Shown one piece after another: positions 39,585 through 53,371 of a DNA stretch of 64,000 bases. The notes under the pieces were generated by a model. That model had not been told where the DNA came from and searched no databases. It saw only the letters and a program-made list of their open reading frames with translations. This DNA comes from Octopus bimaculoides. Lineage: Eukaryota. Position numbers and translations under genes: made by a program. The stretch's first letter is position 1; each line of letters opens with the position of its first letter. The DNA lies in the NCBI RefSeq assembly GCF_001194135.2, contig NC_068982.1, positions 21,289,919 through 21,353,918 on the forward strand, in the 5' to 3' direction.

Positions 39585-40428
39585 AATATATANNNNNNNN
39601 NNNNNNNNNNNNNNNNNNNNNNNNNNNNNNNNNNNNNNNNNNNNNNNNNNNNNNNNNNNNNNNNNNNNNNNNNNNNNNNNNNNNNNNNNNNNNNNNNNNN
39701 NNNNNNNNNNNNNNNNNNNNNNNNNNNNNNNNNNNNNNNNNNNNNNNNNNNNNNNNNNNNNNNNNNNNNNNNNNNNNNNNNNNNNNNNNNNNNNNNNNNN
39801 NNNNNNNNNNNNNNNNNNNNNNNNNNNNNNNNNNNNNNNNNNNNNNNATATATATATATATGCATATCTATACGTAAATCAGAAAAAAATGTTCAATGAT
39901 TCGAAAGTCTTGCTTTTTAGTTGGGTTCAAAATTCATTAGATCCATTATGAGTTTGCTGAAGAACGGAGGTTAGTTGAATCTGAAGACTCGTAGTTAGTC
40001 ATTAACATGACTGCCACGTGTCTGCCTGTTCGGCTAGTTGACCACCAGAGTAATATGAGGGAGTTATCCCGAATGAGGTATATCCTGTGTGGTTAATAGG
40101 AGCTATGTGTTACTAACTTATAGGTTGTGCGTAGTTCGTATATTTGCAAAAGAAGCCGTAAATATGGGTAAAGTTTATATCTAGCAGGATTACGATATAG
40201 CGTGTAAAGGCAAAGTATTGGAATAATATTTTAGTTTGAGGATTGCAATTAAAAGGAAAAGAAAAAGATAGAAGTGGGGTAATTTAACGTGTAAAAAATT
40301 TGGTTGTTATTGACTGAAAAGAATTATAGAAAAGGTAGGCTAGCATAGAAGGTGGATTAGGATAACGACCTGATATATAATAACCTACCCAAGAACATAA
40401 CACAAGCACAGATGAACTGAATAATTTA

Positions 40429-41257
40429 TGTGGCTGCAGAGACAGAAATAATGTCAATTCTGCAATAGGTGTAACACAAACAACGCAATATACCAATGTG
40501 ATGTACTCACAAATAACCATATGAAATCTTATATAGGAAGGACAAAAAATGAAATGATACATAGATATAATTCCCACCAATCTACCTTTAGAAATAGAAG
40601 TGAAGGAATCTGTACAGGATTTAGTAGTTACATCTGCGAATTAAAAGACAAGAACATCAACTATAGTTTAGAATGGCGTATCCTAGCAAAATCTTATACC
40701 ATTAACAGTAAGTGCTGTGATCTCTGTATAACTAAGAAACTACTAATTCTAATGACCAAATCACCTCTACTCAATAAAATATATGAAAATAATTGTTTTA
40801 GTTTCTATAAAGTCCGATTCTTGTTCTCTAAGAATACACCACAGATTCCTGTATACACCACTATCTCCTAGCTTAAATGTTATTAGCAGACCTACTTATC
40901 AGCCTATTACCTCTCCTTAACCTTCCCGAAACTAACTAACTGACGCCTATCCAACCCACATTATCAATAAATAATTATATGTCATTATATGGTTGCTCTT
41001 ATCTAATGCACTCTATTCCAGGAATATCTCCAGAAATATCAAAAAGTGTCTTTCCATGTAATCCTTATCGCTGACCACTACATTTATATTTTTTTCTCCT
41101 TGTTTCTCTCCTTTTTTCTTTGTGTTCCTTTCAGTTGAAGAGCGTAGCTCGAAACGTCAAAGACTTTCTCTATTCCCAAGCGTTAAACTAATACATCCAT
41201 TTGTTGTTTACACCACCTGTTTTCGTCTGTTTGTTTTTTTCGTAAATTCTCCCATAT
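40429..41257 (+). mobile_element. Penelope-like element 3' remnant: GIY-YIG endonuclease pseudogene (Naiad-like) plus 3' terminal repeat
   Basis: CGCRDRNN..RCNTNNAIYQCDV..MKSYIGRT..RYNSHQSTFR..SSYICELKDKNINYSLEWRILAK..KCCDLC..KLLIL..LLNK (one frameshift before 40521); followed by the ~180 bp repeat also found solo at 3115 and 35221. Confidence 0.8.
41128..41162 (+). ncRNA. Minimal type I hammerhead-ribozyme-like motif (degenerate core)
   Basis: cttt | CAGTTGA | A | GAGC-gta-GCTC | GAAA | CGTC | aaag: stem I, stem II, GAAA, palindromic ACGT stem III and a GUC site. The core deviates from CUGANGA. Confidence 0.55.
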
Positions 41258-43279
41258 ATATACCCTTCACCTACATTTTAAAAAAGATATGTATGTATAT
41301 CTGTGTGTATGAATATGCTTGTATCTGACTGTAATAGAGTTGTGTCTAACTCCGATTACTAAGATTCCACTCAAACAGCTTACTCAAACTAAGTTCACAG
41401 CAGAATATACACATCCTAATTTCTTCTGCAATATGATTGAAGCCAGGGTCATCTTGTTTTATAGGCGATGATTGAACCTATTGTCTTGTCTGTGGCTCTT
41501 AAACAAGAAGTTGTTACGTAAATGATTGACTGGATGTCATGAACCAAGTTTTTTATATTCTAGCAATATATATTGGCGTCCTCATGTTGATATTGTCTAT
41601 GCAATTTAAGTAAAACGTTACTTTTTTAGTATCGCTTGACAGACTCTTGCTCACATATGTCACTCAAAAAGAAAAGGAAAACCGTGCAACCAAACAGCGT
41701 TTCTATAAATATGGAGGAGAGAATTTATGTTAAAAATTTATTACATAACTCAAACCTCAGTTCGTATCGTAACGGCCCATAAACTACTGGATCATCGGAG
41801 AACTTGGGAGCTATTTGATTTCATTCTTCAATTTTAAAGTACATGTAATAGAATGTGTTTCTTTGAAACCCCATTTTTGATCGATGCGAAGAGATGACCT
41901 CAGCTCTGTAAACTAATATAAAACACATTAATTATGTATTAAACACACAGAATATAATATTGGATATTCACATTCATAAAATGTGGTTTTTACTGAGAAA
42001 TTGATAAATATATTGCCTTTGCTAAACACATAGTGCATTGTAATTCATAGTATGTATGTGTATGCATACATCAACGGCTTAGCGAACAGATTTGGCTAAC
42101 CAACAGGAGATCTCTTATAACAGTGTTAAAAATCATTTTCCATGGAACTGTGACCTTTAAATAACTATGAAAGATTATTTTTGCACAGATCTCGCCCACC
42201 CCAATATTATTAAAAATTCATGCAAACAAGCATACAAAGAGAAACAAGATCACATACAACTCGTGCAAGTCGATAAAATAAATATGTCTATCAAATTTCG
42301 TTAAGAAATTGTATAAACATCCATGCGTAGCAATAGATAAATCCAATCAATAACCGACAACCTGTACTTATTAGTACACATCCTCTATCCGTTTGTGCCT
42401 CACATACTCTCTAACATAGTCGCATTTTATCATATTCATAAACACACACATGTACTGAGTTATATACATACAGACATAAATTCAGCTACATGTACGTCTG
42501 TGTCTGTATGTGTCTGTTGTGTAAAGTGAGTGTGTATTGTATAATCAAACACAATATTATAGACTTTAATGCGTTGCCCAATAAAATAAATAACTCTCAA
42601 AAGAAATGAGATATAAAAGTAGACTAACAGTCAGGGTATGAAGTTGGCTTTACTATTTATAGCTATGCTTATTCAACTACGTTATTTGATTAGAAAAGAA
42701 AATAATATATTGTTTGAATTATCTTTAGTCAATTTTTTTCGACTACGGTTTTAAGCGTCACATGAGGGGCATCTCTGTGTGTCTATATTTGCCATTGTGG
42801 TTCATATCATGCAATTTCATGTAAGTAAAATTAACTGTAGATTTACATTTTTCGAACGTAATGGTGCAGATTCCAAATGCAATACTTGACAATTCGAAAT
42901 GATTTAGTTTCATATCTACGGTTGATGTATGTTTGGAAAGCCAATAATAATGCTTTTCAATCAATTAATTCCAGATGTTACATACTGATTAACACCATAT
43001 AAGTAAATGTATAAGTCATACCGAGACCAAGCAAACAACAATCGTTATTGACAAATGTTGATTCTCTGGGAAATTCTCGTGAGATAAGATTCATTTCCGA
43101 GTTTTGTCCATGTCTCATGGGACCTGAGCTGTTTCGCTGAAGATTGAACTCGAAGTGCGAGCTTAGTCAAGTGTTTCTATGTCAGACTAGTTGTAGCGCA
43201 GTCATGCGGATATTACCTCGCCACATCAACAGTGTTGATGTTGTCGACGAAAAAGCGAAGTACTGATATAGGATAACAT

Positions 43280-43492
43280 TCCTTTCTACTCTAGGCACAA
43301 GACCCGAAATTTTGGGGGAGGGTGCCAGTCAATGAGATCGATCCCAGTACGCAGCTGGTACTTAATTTATCGACCCTGAAAGGATGAAAAGTAAAGTCGA
43401 CCTCAGCGGATTTTGAACTCAAAACGTAAAGACAAACGAAATAGCACTAAGCTTTTCGTTGGATGTGCTAACGTTTCTGCCAGCTCACCGCC
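43280..43492 (-). mobile_element. SINE family B, near full length
   Basis: ctaggcacaag..ctggtacttaatttatcgaccctgaaaggatgaaaagtaaagtcgacctcagcggattttgaactc..ctaacgtttctgccagctcaccgcc. Confidence 0.9.
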
Positions 43493-43864
43493 TAGATACA
43501 GGATAAGACTGGCGTCGTCACTAACCTTATCATCAGAACGCAAAGAACTATTGCACTTAAATGGCAATCATCCGCTGATCAAAGGGTAACGTTTATTCAA
43601 CGGCCTCAATACAGACACACATACATATCCTTCATACGCAAGCATGCGTACCAACTTCTATATATGTGAGTATGAGTAGAAATATATGCATACATTCAAG
43701 CAGGCATGCACATTCACGGATACGTATATATGCACATACACACACATAAATATAAGAATACTCATATGCGTACATACAAACACGTTTATGCACATATATA
43801 CGCACACGTACTTATGTATATACACAACTAAACCAAACTTAGAAGAAACGCTCCAATGAAACAT

Positions 43865-44060
43865 TGGCCCCAAGTTTTGGTAGGTCAGCAATTCTGGGGA
43901 GCGGGTAAGCCGATTATATGGACCCCAGTGATCAATTGGTACTTGTTTTATCGACTTTGAAAGGATGAAAGGTAAAATCGGCCTGGGTGGAATTTGAACT
44001 CAGAACGTCTAGCCAGACATTTTGCACGGGGTGCTTTTGTTTGTACTAGCTGGTCGCCCT
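43865..44060 (-). mobile_element. SINE family B copy
   Basis: gaccccagtgatcaattggtacttgtttttatcgac..aaggatgaaaggtaaaatcggcctgggtggaatttgaactcagaacg. Confidence 0.8.
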
Positions 44061-44500
44061 GCTCGAGTAGAATACTGAAACTGATGCTACAGCTTCGACG
44101 ATACAAGAATGAACTAGCACGATTATTTGAATAGTTCAGCTATTTAATTTGATTTCAATAGGTTTCTAGACGTATAGATTCCTTGTTTTTGAGGTGCGGA
44201 AACACGTGGATGGGAATATACTCTTTACTCTCTCTCTCNNNNNNNNNNNNNNNNNNNNNNNNNNNNNNNNNNNNNNNNNNNNNNNNNNNNNNNNNNNNNN
44301 NNNNNNNNNNNNNNNNNNNNNNNNNNNNNNNNNNNNNNNNNNNNNNNNNNNNNNNNNNNNNNNNNNNNNNNNNNNNNNNNNNNNNNNNNNNNNNNNNNNN
44401 NNNNNNNNNNNNNNNNNNNNNNNNNNNNNNNNNNNNNNNNNNNNNNNNNNNNNNNNNNNNNNNNNNNNNNNNNNNNNNNNNNNNNNNNNNNNNNNNNNNN

Positions 44501-44545
<45 letters not shown>

Positions 44546-44553
44546 CATATATA

Positions 44554-44625
44554 CGACAGGCTTCTTTCAGTTTCCGTCTACCAAATCCACTCATAAGGCT
44601 TTGGTCGATCCGAGGCTATAGTAGC
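44554..44625 (-). mobile_element. SINE family C 5' fragment next to (TA)n and gap
   Basis: cgacaggcttctttcagtttccgtctaccaaatccactcataaggctttggtcgatccgaggctatagtag is the rc of the family C 5' half. Confidence 0.8.
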
Positions 44626-46956
44626 CTGTTGTACAGATATTCTTTAGAATCACATCGCATCTATCCTTGTTAACCCAGTAGTAATTAATTCCAGGGAATA
44701 TATGTTTTGTTTTCTTTCCCTTTTTTGTAGGTAGAACAAACGAATAGCCTTCTTTGCTATTTAAATTTAGTGTGCAAGGATTAATTGTCTTTGTTATATT
44801 CAGGGTCTACGGAAATATTATCATATGAAAGCCTACGTCATGAATTCTAAGTCGTTTGCATACCCTAACATACTTTATGAAGAACACATTCTTATTGGAT
44901 ATAAATTAAATTGAACACTGAGCCCACGAGCTAATGAAGTTGGTAGATCGCATTTATCTTATGTGATTGAGCGTACAACACAGGTCGGTTGAACAAGACG
45001 CCGTCTTATCATAAAGTTATGCACCTTTGCAGCTGTTGGTATTTATTGTTACTCGATTTAACTGAACCAACAGGAAATAAAGTGCGGGGCTGAGGACAAA
45101 AGACAACGCCCGGTTCGCTTTGGGAATGAAACACTTGATTTTCGTGAACTTGTTTCCAACTTGAAATGTCCTTGTATATGCTAAAAAATGATCTTGAAAT
45201 GGAAAAGTATACCGAATCTCCTGAAATTCATACTATTCTCAAAGTCATTTGTAGTGTACACAATTAATTTAGATATAAATATCAAATTAGGTATTGTAAT
45301 ATAAATGACTCTCCCGTAGATAATACAGACAATTTTCCGATGGATAATAATGACAAATTTCCAGGTCTAATAGCGAAAATAATTTTTGTACAGCCATAAG
45401 CGAAAATTATTTGGGAAAACAATAATACTACTTTCTTGTACTAAAACGAAACCTGATATATTTTCTTTCCTTTTTAATAAGGCATGTTTCCACAATTGCA
45501 AAGTTTGCCAACATATTATTAAAATACGGGAAAATAAATAGCTCAATATATAGCTCATTGTAAAGAGTGGGTGGGGAAAATTCATAAAACTAACAAATAA
45601 TCTGTATGGATTAACTATTTTACGGAATAAAAAACAAACAAAACAATACAGATGTATATATAATGTAACATAGGAGAAAGTAAATGCAAATACAAAAAAC
45701 AAAAATATATACAACGTATTTAAGCAGAAACGTGAGTGGGACAGTTTATTTCCTCTGTTTTCAGGAAAAAAAAGACAGATAGAAGAAAATATACGACTAG
45801 ACATAAATTCAAATAGCTGGAAAGGCGTCAAAATGACTCATGTCGGCAGTATACTAATGAAGATTATTTTCCTAGATAATTAAATAGAAACCTTTTCNNN
45901 NNNNNNNNNNNNNNNNNNNNNNNNNNNNNNNNNNNNNNNNNNNNNNNNNNNNNNNNNNNNNNNNNNNNNNNNNNNNNNNNNNNNNNNNNNNNNNNNNNNN
46001 NNNNNNNNNNNNNNNNNNNNNNNNNNNNNNNNNNNNNNNNNNNNNNNNNNNNNNNNNNNNNNNNNNNNNNNNNNNNNNNNNNNNNNNNNNNNNNNNNNNN
46101 NNNNNNNNNNNNNNNNNNNNNNNNNNNNNNNNNNNNNNNNNNNNNNNNNNNNNNNNNNNNNNNNNNNNNNNNNNNNNNNNNNNNNNNNNNNNNNNNNNNN
46201 NNNNNNNNNNNNNNNNNNNNNNNNNNNNNNNNNNNNNNNNNNNNNNNNNNNNNNNNNNNNNNNNNNNNNNNNNNNNNNNNNNNNNNNNNNNNNNNNNNNN
46301 NNNNNNNNNNNNNNNNNNNNNNNNNNNNNNNNNNNNNNNNNNNNNNNNNNNNNNNNNNNNNNNNNNNNNNNNNNNNNNNNNNNNNNNNNNNNNNNNNNNN
46401 NNNNNNNNNNNNNNNNNNNNNNNNNNNNNNNNNNNNNNNNNNNNNNNNNNNNNNNNNNNNNNNNNNNNNNNNNNNNNNNNNTATATGTATGTATATATAT
46501 AATGTTGTGTTAAAAACAAAAGTAGATGTTGCAGTATTATAGGAAATAAATATGTTCCTACATGAATTGTAGTTTTCTCATGAACACAGTACGAGAATGG
46601 AAAAAGCAGAATGTATACACAGTTGGACACACACCGACACACACATAGAAAGGCGCGCGCGCTCACACTCATACACACACATATACACACACAAGCCCGC
46701 ACACATAGCCATATGTGTTTGTCTGCTCCCATGTAGTTTATATATACACACGCATTTCACTTTAGAAATAGGGAGATGAAATAATACGAATATAATGTTA
46801 CCGACCAAACTAATCGATCTAGAACAATAAAACAGTAAATCAACTGCCATGTAATTTCAATTCACAAGAGTGAAACGCCAAATTAAATATAATAATGATT
46901 TCTTTACTTAGTTCTCTCAGTCTGTCTGTATGTCTGTCTGACTGTCTGACTGTCTG

Positions 46957-46988
<32 letters not shown>

Positions 46989-47358
46989 NNNNNNNNNNNN
47001 NNNNNNNNNNNNNNNNNNNNNNNNNNNNNNNNNNNNNNNNNNNNNNNNNNNNNNNNNNNNNNNNNNNNNNNNNNNNNNNNNNNNNNNNNNNNNNNNNNNN
47101 NNNNNNNNNNNNNNNNNNNNNNNNNNNNNNNNNNNNNNNNNNNNNNNNNNNNNNNNNNNNNNNNNNNNNNNNNNNNNNNNNNNNNNNNNNNNNNNNNNNN
47201 NNNNNNNNNNNNNNNNNNNNNNNNNNNNNNNNNNNNNNNNNNNNNNNNNNNNNNNNNNNNNNNNNNNNNNNNNNNNNNNNNNNNNNNNNNNNNNNNNNNN
47301 NNNNNNNNNNNNNNNNNNNNNNNNNNNNNNNNNNNNNNNNNNNNNNNNNNNNNNNNNN

Positions 47359-47422
<64 letters not shown>

Positions 47423-48799
47423 ACGTGCGCGTATCTCGAAGTATATATGTCTGTAAGTTAATGTCTGTATAGGTATCTGTGTCTCCGGTCGTCATTATTT
47501 GTCAGTCTCTTAGTCACGTTGATCGTTCGGAAGTGTAGGTTAAAGGTACCAGTGTTTGTGGAATGTCCAACTACTTAAGCTATGATTAAATGGGAAGATA
47601 GATTTCTTGATCCAACAAATGAATATTTATCGCGGAAACCGATGAACATAAAGGAAAATCTAATTGTGAAAATAAAATTTCTACACGCATTTTCTACGCA
47701 CTTATACAAACATACAAAACATATCTCCTGTTGCGAGGATATGGAAAAGTTGCACTTCACTGAAAGATATTCAGCACTCAGGTTTAATAATTTCTCATTT
47801 TTATTTTCATCTTTTTTTTTCTAATTATTTCGACAGTTAATCACTGTGTCTCATCTCTAAATAGATTAAGACATTTCTGAAAGGAAGTGGATCGGACAGT
47901 TTTCTGTCGTAGTTGTGAAAAATTGTTCATGTCCACAGATATTAGCTGTATGTAGTACATTCTCGGTGGAGAGCTATGCTTCTCTGGCAGTCCGAGTCAA
48001 CTAATTCAGAACTGACAAATCCAATCTGACTTGTAATACTGTAATTTTGAGATCCTGAATCCAAGATAAAGTGATTTTGGCGATCTATATAAGATGTTGA
48101 AGAAATAAAATTATTATACTGATAGGGCTTTGAATAAAAGATATGAAACATAACCATTGATGGAAAGAAATATAATTCTGTGTGATTCACTATAACATAC
48201 AATTAATGCCCATTCCGCGGTTGGAGATTTATGGCGCTGTTTGTGCATGCTGTTTAACCCGCGGCCGGCATTGACTGAGAATGCCTATTGTCAAAAGCAT
48301 TGAAAATCATAAATGCCTAGTGTTCCAATGTGATTTTTGGACATTGTCCAATGGAATTTTCATGTGAAAAGATGTAATAACAGAAACCTTACTTGGTATT
48401 TCTGAAAAGTTGAGATATTTGGCTGCGTAGATATCATTTCGTTCAATTTTGAGACGGGAGATTTCTATACAAGTGTGTATGTCACCTTGGAATGACATGT
48501 TCTCTGATAACTTTCAGAATCAATGTAGAGAATATAAGCGAAGTTGATATAGCGTCTCGATGCTTTCATATTACAATTCAATAAAGAAGAATTTAAATCG
48601 AAATACCAAGATCATCGCATATACTACAACACTACATATTTTAATGTAATGTTATCTGCGTTGTTTTCATCGCATGAATCTATTAGGAGCTCATAAAAGG
48701 GTATATACAGTTTTAAATAAATAATATGTGTCTCTCTCCAAATGGTATATTTTTTACTGATCTAACCGTCATGGATCAGAACTCTCTCTCTCTTTCTGT

Positions 48800-48830
<31 letters not shown>

Positions 48831-49182
48831 NNNNNNNNNNNNNNNNNNNNNNNNNNTATATATATGTGTATATATATATATGTATATATATGTATGTATG
48901 TGTGTATGTATGTATGTATGTATGTATGTATATACACACGCACACACGAACACACACACACACAATCCACATAAACCATTAAATATCAGGTGTTATGACA
49001 GGTGGGTATATTTATATAAACAGTTAATATCCGTAGGACTACAGCCGTTTAGCGATTGAATTTCAGCTGCATAGAACTCTGCGTTACACTCCTCCATACT
49101 GTATTAATATGTGTTATAATATCCGAATTCTTCAAGAGGAGATTTTTATGAAAGCTACGAGATTCAATGTACTCAAAATTTG

Positions 49183-49216
<34 letters not shown>

Positions 49217-49654
49217 NNNNNNNNNNNNNNNNNNNNNNNNNNNNNNNNNNNNNNNNNNNNNNNNNNNNNNNNNNNNNNNNNNNNNNNNNNNNNNNNNNNN
49301 NNNNNNNNNNNNNNNNNNNNNNNNNNNNNNNNNNNNNNNNNNNNNNNNNNNNNNNNNNNNNNNNNNNNNNNNNNNNNNNNNNNNNNNNNNNNNNNNNNNN
49401 NNNNNNNNNNNNNNNNNNNNNNNNNNNNNNNNNNNNNNNNNNNNNNNNNNNNNNNNNNNNNNNNNNNNNNNNNNNNNNNNNNNNNNNNNNNNNNNNNNNN
49501 NNNNNNNNNNNNNNNNNNNNNNNNNNNNNNNNNNNNNNNNNNNNNNNNNNNNNNNNNNNNNNNNNNNNNNNNNNNNNNNNNNNNNNNNNNNNNNNNNNNN
49601 NNNNNNNNNNNNNNNNNNNNNNNNNNNNNNNNNNNNNNNNNNNNNNNNNNNNNC

Positions 49655-50715
49655 TCTTCCGAAATTCGCCCCAGCCAAATGATTTTAATGACTGCGGAAT
49701 AAGTGATAATCAGATGGGGCAACGTCCGGCAAATATGATGGGTCGGCCATTGTTTCCCATTCAAACTGCTCCGGTCTTTGCAATGTCATCCTCGATGTAT
49801 GTGGCTGATCATTATTCTGACGGAAGAACACATTTCGTCGTGAAACCAAAGATGATCGTTTTTCTTCCAATGCTGACTTAAGCCCTTCATGGTGCTTACC
49901 GTAGATTTCATCTGTTATCGTTTGCTTTGGTTTTCAAAGTTAAAAGTAGACTAAACGTTTCATACCCACCAAAAAAATAACATCTTCTGAGGGTGAAAGC
50001 CTTCTTTAGCCTGGGGTGCCTGTGTTTCTCCTTTACCTACCCACTGTCTTAGGCTCCTGAAAGTTTTATAAAGAACCTATTTCTCGTAACCAGTTACTAT
50101 TCTGTCCAAAATATGTTCATTCGTGAGGAGGTGTGACAGCAAAGACGAGAACACTTTCACTCTCCACGAACGATTAGACTCGAAATGTTTGTACGGAACC
50201 CATTGAACGAATTTGCTGACTTTTCCGAAGGCACGCAAATCTCGACAAATGGCTGAATGACCAAATCCAAGCTTCTCTGCTATTACAAATACGATGGGAT
50301 TTTGTTCCACGATTTTTGCAAGATGTCCTTGAAAAAATCCACAGATCTTTCAGGACAAGGCTCGTCTTCTACGCTGTAGTTCGGCTCAGAATTTGTGAAA
50401 TCACCATTATCACTGTCTTACACTTATTGTATTATACACATATAGGGCATTAATATGCTTCGCAGTTTCCCTTGCGTTGTTGCCATTATTGAACTCATAA
50501 AGCAACATATCCGGAATATGCCCCTTTGTCACTTCCATCATAGTTTTGAAAAAATAAATGTTAAAATCCAATTTCGCTTTTCAATACTTGCGCTAAGAAG
50601 TTCAAGGTAAAAGTATTTCCTCCTTTTATAGCATGTGGATGCAGGTAGTTTATCCCATCTCCCTCCGAATTAAGTTCATGCGATTGAAAAACCGCAGAAT
50701 TTATGAGACGACTCA
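49655..50715 (-). mobile_element. Near full-length decayed mariner (DD34D) transposon; 3' end in gap
   Basis: TIR-like rc TGAGTCGTCTCATAAATTCTGCGGTTTT next to TA. ATG 50538 MEVTKGHI..LLYEFNNGNNA; YSVEDEPCPERS; QWVPY; LDRIVTGYEKWVLY (D1 to Y); RQNNDQPH (D2 to N); PSYLPDVAPSDYHLFRS (D3). Confidence 0.92.
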
Positions 50716-53371
50716 TATATATGTATATGTGTGTGTGTATTTATATATATATANNNNNNNNNNNNNNNNNNNNNNNNNNNNNNNNNNNNNNNNNNNNNNN
50801 NNNNNNNNNNNNNNNNNNNNNNNNNNNNNNNNNNNNNNNNNNNNNNNNNNNNNNNNNNNNNNNNNNNNNNNNNNNNNNNNNNNNNNNNNNNNNNNNNNNN
50901 NNNNNNNNNNNNNNNNNNNNNNNNNNNNNNNNNNNNNNNNNNNNNNNNNNNNNNNNNNNNNNNNNNNNNNNNNNNNNNNNNNNNNNNNNNNNNNNNNNNN
51001 NNNNNNNNNNNNNNNNNNNNNNNNNNNNNNNNNNNNNNNNNNNNNNNNNNNNNNNNNNNNNNNNNNNNNNNNNNNNNNNNNNNNNNNNNNNNNNNNNNNN
51101 NNNNNNNNNNNNNNNNNNNNNNNNNNNNNNNNNNNNNNNNNNNNNNNNNNNNNNNNNNNNNNNNNNNNNNNNNNNNNNNNNNNNNNNNNNNNNNNNNNNN
51201 NNNNNNNNNNNNNNNNNNNNNNNNNNNNNNNNNNNNNNNNNNNNNNNNNNNNNNNNNNNNNNNNNNNNNNNNNNNNNNNNNNNNNNNNNNNNNNNNNNNN
51301 NNNNNNNNNNNNNNNNNNNNNNNNNNNNNNNNNNNNNNNNNNNNNNNNNNNNNNNNNNNNNNNNNNNNNNNNNNNNNNNNNNNNNNNNNNNNNNNNNNNN
51401 NNNNNNNNNNNNNNNNNNNNNNNNNNNNNNNNNNNNNNNNNNNNNNNNNTATATATATACATACACACACATACACATACACACATACACACATACACAC
51501 ACACCTACATATATATATTTCAAAATCTCTCTCCGTTGAAAAATTGAGGTTAAAATAAACACTAGTTTCCTTGAAAAGGACGTATTTGAGTTAATGACGT
51601 ATTTTCTAAAATACTAATTTTGTAATCAACCACTATTCTGTACACCGTTTTACGTTTACTCTATGAATTTCTAATCCATACTTCCGCAATTAGATCTCAG
51701 TCTATAATTTACTGATTAAGCTTAAATATGTCCAAAGATGTCACCGGAAAATATTTTTAAAACATGAGATAGCTTAGTCATTCTTAGATTATTATTATTA
51801 TTTTGTCCTCGCTGCATAGGTATCAGATTTGTACTGCAACATTAACTTCATACTTATTTTTCATGAAATGTCCACTCTCGATTTAGAATTATATATAGAC
51901 TGAATTAGATATTGAAAAAGTGTATGACGAATATTTCCTTGTGATGGTAGGAGTCGTATTTTTATGGTGATTATTCACCACCACTACTACTGTTTAGCAG
52001 ATGCCGCCATTGTGAATTTAGGAAAAAGATGTTTTTTACACATAATTACCGTTTCCTTCTTTGACTGGACACCATAAACCGTAGCATTGTCTATATATCT
52101 GTTGCTACCGTTTAGAATTTATGATTTCATTGCCTCTTTAGCTATTCCTACAGGTAACATTCCTGTTATTTTTACAAACTCGTCCATAATAAAATGACAA
52201 AATTCTTATTATTACTGTTATCAAAGTCAATATTATTGTCATTACCATAGGAATTTGTGCAGCTATTACAAGTACACATCACAGCCATAAAATGCAGAAC
52301 TTTTGCTTCCGTTACATGCCTTTCACGCCCGGAAAACTGCTTTTTATGTCTGACTATTTGAACTCATAACTTTCTATCAAAAGAAATATTTTTCACAAAA
52401 TTACATTATTTCTTGCTCAAGGGATTCCATACGTTTTTAAACGAGAATATCGAATTATTCGTATGCACATTTTCTTTTAATAGCGAATGGTTCTCACAAA
52501 TAGAATTTATATACACTAAAATTAATAGTAGTGACTATACATTGGTTTAAGACCACAGAGCTTTACTTAGTGGATATGACCGTCTGTAAACTTCGGAATA
52601 CCAACAGTAACGTATGTATTTATTACAGTGAGATGTAGTCTGAATATAGGCAATTTTACAGAAACACAGAAACATAGAACATTCAGATTTGAAACTTCTA
52701 ACACGGCATTATATTCTGAAGAGTTTGGTAACTCATCACTAAATAAAGAACAATCCAAGAAATTGTACTCGAATGTAATTTAGTAGAACCATTCAGAACG
52801 TCAGTCTGACTATTTTTACTCGCATTTTAAAAGATTCACAGAAGCCGATGTCATTTGTTTCCAGTAATACATGTTAATTCATGAAGTACACAAGAAATAT
52901 GTAGAGATAAGAGTCTTTTGAGGATAAAGAGATTTGATATGTATTTAATATGCATATACTTAAGCGTGTCACGCGACACATTTATTTTTCACTCACTCTA
53001 TGTTGATATATTCAAGGTAAATATCGAGGATTACATTGGCGTTGTGAGACACGTCAAAAAGATGCTGCTTGAATTATATTTATTTCTTCAAATATCTACC
53101 ACAATATAACGCAAGCCTAGCATTGCATCATATCGATTCACCTATGTACGTATGCCAATATATGTTGAGATAATTCTGAGATGTTTAATTTCCCGATGAA
53201 TGAAAATTTAACGAAAAATAAATTAAAACAAAATTACGCATGTTTGGGAATATATTCTATATTCCTTGTAATGAAGAATACAGAAAAATGTGAAAGATAC
53301 TGTCATATTCATTTAAATTTAACGGAACCTAAATACTTAAATGTATTGTTAATGTTGTAAAAGCGAAGAAA

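Noticed and set aside
40000-40400. Possible inverted pseudo-LTR upstream of the GIY-YIG remnant
   Set aside because: Composition is suggestive but I could not align it by eye to 40870-41257.
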